Below are positions 39,930 through 48,303 of a DNA stretch of 64,000 bases, piece by piece. Each line of letters starts with the position of its first letter. Position 1 is the first letter of the stretch. The stretch lies in assembly GCA_963702005.1 (NCBI GenBank), contig OY969696.1, positions 1,408,001 to 1,472,000 of the forward strand. The letters run 5' to 3'. The position numbers and the translations under genes are program-made. The notes beneath the pieces were generated by a model. That model did no database searches. It was given only the letters and a program-made list of their open reading frames with translations, and was not told the DNA's origin. This DNA is from Candidatus Aminicenantes bacterium (GTDB lineage Bacteria > Acidobacteriota > Aminicenantia > Aminicenantales > JAFGBC01).

Positions 39930-40967
39930 ATGAAGACGAAAGCCCCTCTCCGTTGCGCTCTGGTCGGCACCGAAACGCTGCGGGGGAAGGAGCTCAAAGA
40001 CGTCCTGGATGAAAAGAAATTTCCCGTCAAGGTCATGGAATTCTACGACGCTGACGTCCGGGGGGAGTACAGCAAGTTGACCGAGTTCCGGGGGGAACCC
40101 AAGGTCATCCATCCCCTGGATCGGAGCCTCCTCGACGGGCTGGACATCGTTTTCCTGGCCGGGGATCCGAAGCTGAACCGGGAGCTAGGCCGCCTCGCCC
40201 TAGAAGGACGGTTCAAGGCCGTCGACGTCGCCGACAGCTTCAACGCGGACGCCACGGTCCCGATCGTTGTCGCCGGCGTCAACGACGACCGGGCGCGCCA
40301 GCTGAAGCCCCGGCTGGCCGCCAATCCCCATCCGGTCACGGTCATCCTCTCCCATGTCCTCGACGCTCTGCGCGGGCCGTTCGGAATCCACAAGGCGGTC
40401 GCCTTCGTCCTGGAGCCCGTTTCGGCCTTCGCGGATGCGGGGATCGCGGAGCTCGCCAACCAGAGCTTCGCCATGCTCAGCGGCGGTGGATCGGATGAAA
40501 AGAGCGTCTTTCCCGAGAAGATCGCCTTCAACCTCCTGTGCCGAACGGAGAAGGGCCTCCCGAGCGGGTTCTCGGCCGTCGAGCGCAGGATCATCTCCGA
40601 GGTCCGAAGGGTCCTCGACGACCCGGCCTTTCCCTTGTCCCTATCCCTCGTCTTGGCCCCAATCTTTCATACCTATTCCGTCATGATCTTCGTCGAGCTC
40701 GCCAAGGACGCGGGCCTCGCCGATCTCGAGAAGACCTTCAAGGATCGGCCGCTCTTCGCGCTCGAAAAGCCGGGCGCCGTCTGCTCCGTGTCCCCCGTCT
40801 CGGTCGCCGGGACGGAAGGGATTTCGATCGGGTCGCTAAAACGCGAGGAGGCTTTTCCCAGGGCCTTCTGGGTCTGGGCTGTCGCCGACAACCTGACCCG
40901 GGGTTCGGCCTTGAACGCCTTGGGCATCGCGAGCCTGCTCGCGGCGGCTTCCGAACCGGTATCATGA
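39930..40967 (+). CDS. Aspartate-semialdehyde dehydrogenase-like (Usg-like) protein lacking the catalytic Cys
   Basis: VP.VV.GVN, IAFNL, ADNLTRGSALNA retained; NPNC is replaced by NPHP. Confidence 0.8.
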   Translation: MKTKAPLRCALVGTETLRGKELKDVLDEKKFPVKVMEFYDADVRGEYSKLTEFRGEPKVIHPLDRSLLDGLDIVFLAGDPKLNRELGRLALEGRFKAVDVADSFNADATVPIVVAGVNDDRARQLKPRLAANPHPVTVILSHVLDALRGPFGIHKAVAFVLEPVSAFADAGIAELANQSFAMLSGGGSDEKSVFPEKIAFNLLCRTEKGLPSGFSAVERRIISEVRRVLDDPAFPLSLSLVLAPIFHTYSVMIFVELAKDAGLADLEKTFKDRPLFALEKPGAVCSVSPVSVAGTEGISIGSLKREEAFPRAFWVWAVADNLTRGSALNALGIASLLAAASEPVS

Positions 40968-42766
40968 AAGAGATCCTCCAGCTCTTCCGGCTCTCCTTCA
41001 AGGAGAAAAGGCTTCTCTTCCTCTCCTTCGCCGCCAACCTTTTTGTCGCCTTTTTCACTTACCTGTTCGTCAACCTCGTCCAGCCGATTATCGATAAACT
41101 GTTCCCGCACGTTTCGGGCCCGGTCCCGGCCAAGACCCGGCTGCTCGATGTCTTTTTCAGCCGCCTCCATGTGACGGACGCGGACCTGAAGTGGGTCCTT
41201 CCTCTCCTGATCGTCATCGTCATCTTTGGGAAGGGCCTCTTCGACTATTTTTCGGCCTTCTTCATGAAAGCGGTCGGCCATAGAGTCATCAAGAAGATTC
41301 GGGACGACCTTTATGTCCGCCTCATCTATCAATCCGCCGGCTTCTTCGACCGCATCTCGACCGGCGAGCTCATGTCGCGCCTGACCAACGACGTCGATAA
41401 GATTCAGCAGGCGGTCTCGGGCAGCCTGGGGGACTTGGTCGAGGAGCTGTTCATCCTGGTCGCTCTTCTCGTCAGTGTCTTCGTCATCGATTGGCATCTG
41501 GCCGTGACCTCCTTCGTCGTCACCCCGCTGGCCCTCATCCCGCTGGCCGCCTTCAGCCGGCAGCTCAAGAAAAAAAGCCTCCAGGGCCAAGTCAAGATGG
41601 CCCGTATCTACGAGCTTCTTCACGAGACGATCGCCGGCCACCGGATCGTCAAGGCCTTCACGACCGAGGAGTTTGAGATCAAGCGCTTCCTCCAGGCCAC
41701 CTACAGCTATTTCAAGACGAACATCAAGCTGGCCCGGATCGGGAGCATGGCCTCGCCCTTCATGGAATTCATCGGCGGGATCGCGGGCGCCTTCATCCTC
41801 ATCGTCGGGACGAAGCGGATCGGCCAGGGTGATATCAGCCCCGGCGACTTCGGAGCCTTCGTCATGGCGGTATTCTCCATGTATATGCCGATCCGCCGCC
41901 TGAGCCGGGCCAACAACCAGGTCCAGCAGGGAGTCGCCAGCTGGGGACGGATCGAAGAGTTGCTCAAGGCCGTCCCCCAGGTCCAGGATCCGCCGCTGGC
42001 CTACCCGATGCCGCCGGTCAAAGGGCGGGTCCGCTTCGAGGATGTGTCCTTCAGCTACAACCAGGACAGGCCCGTCCTTAACCACGTCGATATCACGGTC
42101 GAGCCGACCGAGACGGTCGCCCTGGTTGGCCTGAGCGGCGCCGGCAAGACGACCATCATCAACCTCCTGACCCGGTTTTACGACGCGACGGACGGCCGGA
42201 TCACGATCGACGGGATCAACATCCGCGAGGTGACCCTGGCCTCCCTGCGCTCCCGGATCGGCCTGGTCTCCCAGGATATCATTCTCTTCAACGACACGAT
42301 CCGGAACAACATCGCCTACGGAATGGCCGAGGCCTCGGCCGAGCAGATCGAAGCGGCCGCCCGAGCCGCCGAAGCCCACAACTTCATCACGGACCTGCCC
42401 AAAGGTTATGATACGGCGATCGGAGAGAGGGGAGGGCTCCTCTCGACCGGCCAGAAACAGCGGCTGGCTATTGCCCGGGCTCTTCTCAAAGACCCTGCGA
42501 TTCTCATCCTGGACGAGGCGACCTCGGCCCTCGATTCGGAGTCCGAGTCCCTGATCCAGAAGGCCTTGGCCAATATCCGGCACAGTCGAACCACGATCAT
42601 CATCGCCCACCGCCTGTCGACGGTCCGGAGCGCGGACAAGATCTTCGTCGTCGACAAGGGGACGATCGCCGAATGGGGGACCCACGAGGAGCTCTGCCGC
42701 CAGAACGGCATCTACTGGAAGCTCTACGACCTTCAGTTCCCCGAGGACGAGGAGATCCAACGATGA
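40964..42766 (+). CDS. msbA: Lipid A export ABC transporter, MsbA-like
   Basis: Six-TM domain plus NBD (GLSGAGKT, LSTGQKQR, LDEATSALD). Confidence 0.8.
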   Translation: MKEILQLFRLSFKEKRLLFLSFAANLFVAFFTYLFVNLVQPIIDKLFPHVSGPVPAKTRLLDVFFSRLHVTDADLKWVLPLLIVIVIFGKGLFDYFSAFFMKAVGHRVIKKIRDDLYVRLIYQSAGFFDRISTGELMSRLTNDVDKIQQAVSGSLGDLVEELFILVALLVSVFVIDWHLAVTSFVVTPLALIPLAAFSRQLKKKSLQGQVKMARIYELLHETIAGHRIVKAFTTEEFEIKRFLQATYSYFKTNIKLARIGSMASPFMEFIGGIAGAFILIVGTKRIGQGDISPGDFGAFVMAVFSMYMPIRRLSRANNQVQQGVASWGRIEELLKAVPQVQDPPLAYPMPPVKGRVRFEDVSFSYNQDRPVLNHVDITVEPTETVALVGLSGAGKTTIINLLTRFYDATDGRITIDGINIREVTLASLRSRIGLVSQDIILFNDTIRNNIAYGMAEASAEQIEAAARAAEAHNFITDLPKGYDTAIGERGGLLSTGQKQRLAIARALLKDPAILILDEATSALDSESESLIQKALANIRHSRTTIIIAHRLSTVRSADKIFVVDKGTIAEWGTHEELCRQNGIYWKLYDLQFPEDEEIQR

Positions 42767-43641
42767 TCCTGAGCATGACCGGTTTCGCCGAAAGAGACTT
42801 CCATTCGCCCTCCCTGCGGGCCCGCTGGAGCATCAAGAGCCTCAATCACCGCTTCTTCGAATGGACCTACAAAGGGGCGCCCATCGGGGGGGTCGAACAA
42901 CGGCTCCGCGTCCTCTGCCAGGAGCGTGTTCGGCGCGGCCGGATCGAGGTCGGTCTCGACCTGACCTCCTTGTCCAAGGCGAGCTGGGAAGTCTTTATCA
43001 ACGAGGGGCTCCTCGAAAAGGTCCTGGCTTCGATGGCCCGGATCACGCGCCGGATCGGGGCGGGGGCATCCCTGTCCCTGGAAACGTTGTTCCGGATTCC
43101 CCAACTCGTCGAGATCCGCCGCAAGGACCTCAGCGCCGAAGAAACGGCCTTCCTGGAGAGGAGCTTCCTCAGGGCGCTCGATCTCGTCCTCAAGTCCCGG
43201 GAGCGCGAAGGGCTTACGACCGGGCGTCAGCTCAGCGTCCACATCCGGACGATTGAGCGGAGCGTGCGCCGGATCGAACGGCTCGTCAAGGCCCAGCCGG
43301 CTCTCATCCAAGAGCGCATCAAGTCGCGGATCAAGGAGTTCAAGCTCGAGTCGGCCGTGTCCGAAGGGAAGATTTCCGAGGAGGCCGCCTATCTCGCCCA
43401 GCGCTACGACATGGCCGAGGAAGTCCTGCGGCTCAAGAGCCATTCCGAAGCCATCCGGCTCGCCCTGTCGTCCAAGCAGAGCGACCCGGTCGGCCGGACC
43501 CTGGACTTCCTGGCCCAAGAGCTGTACCGGGAGGCCAACACGATCAATTCCAAATCCCAGAACATCGAGATCATCCGGGAGAGCCTGGTCATCAAGGGCG
43601 AGATCGAGAGCATTCGCCAGCATGCTCAGAACATCGAATAG
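42763..43641 (+). CDS. yicC: YicC/YloC family endoribonuclease
   Basis: SMTGF, SLNHRF, GRTLDFLAQEL.REANT..SK, QNIE. Confidence 0.92.
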   Translation: MILSMTGFAERDFHSPSLRARWSIKSLNHRFFEWTYKGAPIGGVEQRLRVLCQERVRRGRIEVGLDLTSLSKASWEVFINEGLLEKVLASMARITRRIGAGASLSLETLFRIPQLVEIRRKDLSAEETAFLERSFLRALDLVLKSREREGLTTGRQLSVHIRTIERSVRRIERLVKAQPALIQERIKSRIKEFKLESAVSEGKISEEAAYLAQRYDMAEEVLRLKSHSEAIRLALSSKQSDPVGRTLDFLAQELYREANTINSKSQNIEIIRESLVIKGEIESIRQHAQNIE

Positions 43642-43662
43642 ACGGGAGACAGGACGAGAGCC

Positions 43663-44274
43663 ATGATCTTTGTCGTCTGCGGGCCTTCGGGTTGCGGGAA
43701 AACGACCCTGGTCGGACGGGTTCTGGCTGAGCACCGGGACGTACGTTTCTCCGTCTCGCACACGACGCGTCCCCGGCGGAAAGGCGAACGAGAAGGCCGC
43801 GAGTATCATTTTATAGGCCGGGCCGCCTTCGAGCGAATGATCGCCGGCCGTCGTTTCGTCGAGTGGGCGGTCGTCCACGGCCATTACTATGGGACCTCCA
43901 AGGCCGAGCTCGAGGCCAAGGGGAGAAGGGGCGACCTGATCCTGGACGTCGATGTTCAGGGCGCCCGCGCCATTCGGGCTCGTTTCAAAGAGGCAACCTC
44001 CATCTTCATCCTGCCGCCTCGCTACGCCGAGCTCCGTAAGAGACTGCTCGCCCGCAGCCTGGACGATCCGGACACGATCCGGACGCGGCTCGTCAACGCC
44101 CGGCGCGAAATCCGCTGCTACCGCGAGTTCGACTACCTCGTCATCAACGATGACCTGGCCACGGCGGTCGGGGAGCTCGAAGCCGTCATTCTCGGCCAGC
44201 GCTGCCGGAGACAGGCCAGGGAAAAGGCGATCGGGCCCATCCTTCGCAGCTTCCGGGCCGGGGAGGAGAAGTGA
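43663..44274 (+). CDS. gmk: Guanylate kinase
   Basis: GPSGCGKT, SVSHTTR..R.GE..G.EYHF, YYGT. Confidence 0.96.
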   Translation: MIFVVCGPSGCGKTTLVGRVLAEHRDVRFSVSHTTRPRRKGEREGREYHFIGRAAFERMIAGRRFVEWAVVHGHYYGTSKAELEAKGRRGDLILDVDVQGARAIRARFKEATSIFILPPRYAELRKRLLARSLDDPDTIRTRLVNARREIRCYREFDYLVINDDLATAVGELEAVILGQRCRRQAREKAIGPILRSFRAGEEK

Positions 44275-44276
44275 CG

Positions 44277-45479
44277 ATGGGGACCACGATCGCCCTGGGC
44301 GTATCCTCCTCGATCAGCATCTACAAGGCTTGCGAAGTCCTCCGCGGTTTTCAGAAAAACGGCCTCGATATCCGCGTTCTCATGACCCGGAACGCATCCC
44401 GGATGATCGCCCCCCTCTTGTTCAGCGCCTTGGCCCGGTCCAAGGCCATCATCGACCCCTTTGAGGAGGAGTCAGGGGGATCGATCGCCCATATCGATCT
44501 GGCCCGCGAGATCTCGCTCCTCTGCGTCGCGCCGGCCACGGCTAACGTCATCGCCAAGTTCGCCAAGGGTGTCGCCGATGATTTTCTATCGACCTTCTAC
44601 CTGGCCGTAGACAGCCCCGTCCTTATCGCCCCGGCCATGAACGAGGCCATGTTCCTCCATCCCCGGACCCAGGCCAACATCCGCGCCCTGAGAGCGGCCG
44701 GCGTCGAGTTCGTAGAGCCGGAACGGGGCTACCTGGCCTGTCGCGAAGAAGGGTGGGGGCGGCTCGCCGCGCCCGAGCGAATCGTCGAGGCGGGGATGCG
44801 GCTCGTCCGGCGGAGCCGGAGCATGGCCGGGAAGCGCGTTCTTGTCACGGCCGGTCCGACGCGCGAGTACCTGGATCCGGTCCGGTTTCTGTCGAACCGG
44901 TCCTCGGGCAAAATGGGGTACGCCCTGGCCGCCGAAGCTCTCAGCCGCGGCGCGGATGTCACTCTGGTCTCGGGGCCGACCTCCCTTCTTCCCCCCTTCC
45001 GGGCCAAACTCGTCCCGGTCGAGACGGGCGGGGAGATGGAAGCCGAAGTCACGGCCCGGGCGGCGGAAGCGGACGTCATCGTTATGGCCGCTGCGGTTTC
45101 GGATTTTCGGTTCCCGGAAACGGCCGGCCGGAAGCTCAAAAAAAAGGAGTTCGACGGCCGGGTCACCCTCGTCTCCGCCCCGGATATCCTGGAGGGCCTG
45201 GGGCGGGCCAAGCGCGGGAAGGCCGTCCTGGTCGGGTTCGCCGCCGAGACGGAACGGGTCGAGGAGAACGCCCTCGGGAAACTTCGCGAGAAGAACCTGG
45301 ATCTCATCATCGCTAATGACGTCGCGGCCGAAGGAATCGGGTTCGACGCCGAGGACAATCAAGTGGTCATCCTCGACCGGAGCGGAAGAGCGGTGCGGAC
45401 CGATCGCCTCAGCAAGCGGGAGATCAGCCGCCTTATCCTGGACGAAGTCGAGGGCGTACTTGGCCAGAAAAATCGATAA
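44277..45479 (+). CDS. coaBC: Phosphopantothenoylcysteine decarboxylase/ligase
   Basis: APATAN, PAMN, LAC.E.G.GR, TAGPTRE..DPVRF.SN.SSGKMG, GFAAET. Confidence 0.96.
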   Translation: MGTTIALGVSSSISIYKACEVLRGFQKNGLDIRVLMTRNASRMIAPLLFSALARSKAIIDPFEEESGGSIAHIDLAREISLLCVAPATANVIAKFAKGVADDFLSTFYLAVDSPVLIAPAMNEAMFLHPRTQANIRALRAAGVEFVEPERGYLACREEGWGRLAAPERIVEAGMRLVRRSRSMAGKRVLVTAGPTREYLDPVRFLSNRSSGKMGYALAAEALSRGADVTLVSGPTSLLPPFRAKLVPVETGGEMEAEVTARAAEADVIVMAAAVSDFRFPETAGRKLKKKEFDGRVTLVSAPDILEGLGRAKRGKAVLVGFAAETERVEENALGKLREKNLDLIIANDVAAEGIGFDAEDNQVVILDRSGRAVRTDRLSKREISRLILDEVEGVLGQKNR

Positions 45480-46131
45480 GCTCCTCCTCGGACTCGAGGA
45501 CCATCTCCGCTTCCTGGATCAGTCGGGCGCGCAGTTCGCCGCTCGCCGCCCCGAAAAGAGCCCGGATCGAGATAAGGGATTTCAGGACGTCTGTAAACAG
45601 ATTCTGGTCTGCCGGCTCTGCCCCCTGGCCCGGACGCGAACCAAGGCCGTGCCCGGGGAAGGGAACCCCCGGACCGAGCTCATGTTCGTAGGAGAAGCGC
45701 CGGGCCATGATGAAGATGTCCAGGGCCGTCCCTTTGTAGGCCGGGCTGGCCAGCTCCTGACCAAAATCATCGAGGCCATGAGCTTCCGGCGGGATGAGGT
45801 TTTCATCACCAACGTCGTCAAGTGCCGCCCCCCCGAAAACCGGACGCCCGTCCGGGAGGAAGTCGAGAAGTGCGGCCCCTACCTGACGGCCCAGATCGAA
45901 ATGATTCGTCCCAAGGCCATCGTCGCCCTGGGCAAGGTCGCAACCGATTTTTTCATCCGGAGTTCCAAAGGGATGTCCCAGCTCCGGGGCGAGTTCTGTG
46001 ATTACCGCGGCATCCCCGTCATGCCGACCTTTCATCCCTCCTATGTTCTCCGTCAGGAGAATATCAAGGACGTCAAAAAACAGGTCTGGCAGGATATGCA
46101 GATGGTCATGAAGCTCCTCGGCCGAAAATGA
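45460..46131 (+). CDS. Uracil-DNA glycosylase family 4
   Basis: C..C, GEAPG..ED..G.PFVG.AG, KCRPP.NR, HPSY; TTG start inferred. Confidence 0.92.
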   Translation: MARKIDKLLLGLEDHLRFLDQSGAQFAARRPEKSPDRDKGFQDVCKQILVCRLCPLARTRTKAVPGEGNPRTELMFVGEAPGHDEDVQGRPFVGRAGQLLTKIIEAMSFRRDEVFITNVVKCRPPENRTPVREEVEKCGPYLTAQIEMIRPKAIVALGKVATDFFIRSSKGMSQLRGEFCDYRGIPVMPTFHPSYVLRQENIKDVKKQVWQDMQMVMKLLGRK

Positions 46132-48281
46132 CGCTCTGCGCGGATGTCGTCGTCCCCCTCCCCCTCGAGCGCGCCTTCCGCTATCTTGTTCCCGAAAACG
46201 CAGGCCGGACGCTCCAGCCCGGCGTCCGGGTCCTAGTCCCTTTCGGGCGGAGGGAACTGACCGGATTCGTCGTCGGGGTGCTCGGCGCGCCTCCGCCGGG
46301 CGGCCCCGCCCTCAAGGAAATCAAGGCCGTCCTTGACGAGGAACCGATTTTTTCGAGCACCTTTCTATCCTTTACACGAGAGCTCTCACAACGCTCCTAT
46401 TCCTCTTGGGGGGAGATCCTCCAGTCGGCCGTGCCGCCTTCCCTCCTGGTCAGGACGCTGACGACCGTCGCTCTGACCCCGGCGGGCGAACAGGCCGTCC
46501 GGAAGGGCGGTCTGGGCAAAAGGGAGAAGGAACTGGCACGTTTCCTCGGGGCACGGGCCTACAGTCCCTCCTTCCTGGCTCGGAAACTCAGGCTGTCCGA
46601 TATCGGCGGGCTCGTATCCCGCATGGAAGCGAAAGGGCTGCTCCTGGTTCGTAAGAGCGTCGGAGGCCTCGAGCGACGAAGGCGCTCGCGCTTGGAGGCG
46701 TCTTCCCCGGCGGGGATTCAGCTGGAATTCGACTTCCCGTCCGGAACGCCCTCCGAGCCGGCCCTGCGACCGTTGTTCGATCGCCTCGGAAGGGGCGGCT
46801 TCGCCCCCTTCCTGATCCGCGCCCCCCGTCAGAAGAGAGTCGAGATCTATCTCGGTCTGCTCCATGAAATCATCTCTCGTTCAGGGAAAGCCCTAGTCCT
46901 CCTTCCCGAGGTTTCACTGACCCGAACCCTGGCCGAGAGGCTGGAGAAGCGATTGGGGAAAACCGTCGCCGTGCTTCACGGCGAGCTGTCCGAAGCGCGC
47001 AGGGAGCGGGAATGGCGGCGCGTCCGTGACGGCCGGGCGTCCGTTGTCTGCGGAACCCGATCGGCTCTGCTGGCGCCGATTGAGCGTCCCCGCCTGATCA
47101 TCGTCGACGAGGAACAGGAGGATTCCTACATCCAGGACCATCCCGCTTTCGACGCCCGCCGGGGAGCACGGCTAAGAGCCGAGGTCGAGGAATGCCTGCT
47201 CGTCTCCGGGGCCGATTTTCCGACGGTTGAGTGCTTCCAGGCGGCCCGGGAAGGCGGATGGCTGATTGATTTAGGTGAGGAGGCAACCCGAGTCCGGGTT
47301 GAGGTCCTGGATGCCAAGCTCGAGAAGAGCTTTATCGGCGCCCGCTTGAAACGGGCTCTCGGGGACGTTCTTTCCAGAGAAGAGCGGGCGATCGTTTTCT
47401 TCAACCGGCGCGGCTATGCGACCTCACTCATCTGCTCCCATTGTTCCCATATCCCGAAATGCCGCCGCTGTGATATCCCCCTCGTCCTCCACAAGCGGGC
47501 CAAGAGGCTCATCTGCCCTCTCTGCGGAGAAAGCGGGGCCGAGCTGGCCGCCTGCCCGCGCTGCGGCCGTTCATTCCGAACCAGGGGCGCCGGCATCGAA
47601 GCAGTTGCGGAGGAGCTCCGCCGCCTGTTCCCGGAAGCGCCCCAGGCCGTTTTCAACACCGATGTCTTATCCTCCCGGGCGGCCCAGGAGGCCGTCCTCA
47701 AGCGGTTTGTTCGAGGCGGGATTAAGATCCTTATCGGGACTGAGCTGCTGGCACACCGGCGGGATCTTCCGGCCGTGCCTTTGGTGGCCATTCTCGCGCC
47801 GGAAATGACCCTGGCCCTGCCCGATTTCAGGGCCGGCCAGAGGACTTTTCAGGCTCTCCTTCGGATGATCCGATTCTGCCCGGCGGGGGAGGGGAGCGGC
47901 GTCATTATTCAGACCGCTCTCCCCGATCACTATATCGTCCGGAGCGCCGCTGCTCAAGACTATGGGGCTTTTTTCAGGGAGGAGATTTCTTTCCGACGGC
48001 TGATGGGCTATCCGCCTTTCAGCGAGATGACCGAGGTCGTCCTCGAAGGGCGCGACCTGAGAGCCCTGGGACGGGAAGCGAGGCGGGCGGCGGAAGCCAT
48101 GAGAGCGGCCTCCCCCTCGGTTGAGGTCTTGGGACCGGCCTTGGCAGCCGTCTCCCGCGTTAAGGGGCTTTTCCGTGTCCAGGTCGTGCTCCGGGCCGAG
48201 AGCCGGGAGGCCATCGATGCGCTCCTGGCCCGGAGCCTGCCCCCGCAGGGGGGGCGAAGATCGGTCAGCGTCCTGAGCTAA
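46128..48281 (+). CDS. priA: Primosomal protein N' (PriA) with degenerate helicase motifs
   Basis: RVLVPFG, PEVSLT, GTRSAL, IIVDEE, NRRGY, four CxxC, YPPF, GP; Walker A absent. Confidence 0.92.
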   Translation: MTLCADVVVPLPLERAFRYLVPENAGRTLQPGVRVLVPFGRRELTGFVVGVLGAPPPGGPALKEIKAVLDEEPIFSSTFLSFTRELSQRSYSSWGEILQSAVPPSLLVRTLTTVALTPAGEQAVRKGGLGKREKELARFLGARAYSPSFLARKLRLSDIGGLVSRMEAKGLLLVRKSVGGLERRRRSRLEASSPAGIQLEFDFPSGTPSEPALRPLFDRLGRGGFAPFLIRAPRQKRVEIYLGLLHEIISRSGKALVLLPEVSLTRTLAERLEKRLGKTVAVLHGELSEARREREWRRVRDGRASVVCGTRSALLAPIERPRLIIVDEEQEDSYIQDHPAFDARRGARLRAEVEECLLVSGADFPTVECFQAAREGGWLIDLGEEATRVRVEVLDAKLEKSFIGARLKRALGDVLSREERAIVFFNRRGYATSLICSHCSHIPKCRRCDIPLVLHKRAKRLICPLCGESGAELAACPRCGRSFRTRGAGIEAVAEELRRLFPEAPQAVFNTDVLSSRAAQEAVLKRFVRGGIKILIGTELLAHRRDLPAVPLVAILAPEMTLALPDFRAGQRTFQALLRMIRFCPAGEGSGVIIQTALPDHYIVRSAAAQDYGAFFREEISFRRLMGYPPFSEMTEVVLEGRDLRALGREARRAAEAMRAASPSVEVLGPALAAVSRVKGLFRVQVVLRAESREAIDALLARSLPPQGGRRSVSVLS

Positions 48282-48303
48282 GCCTCCCTGGGCTATTTCC
48301 TGC

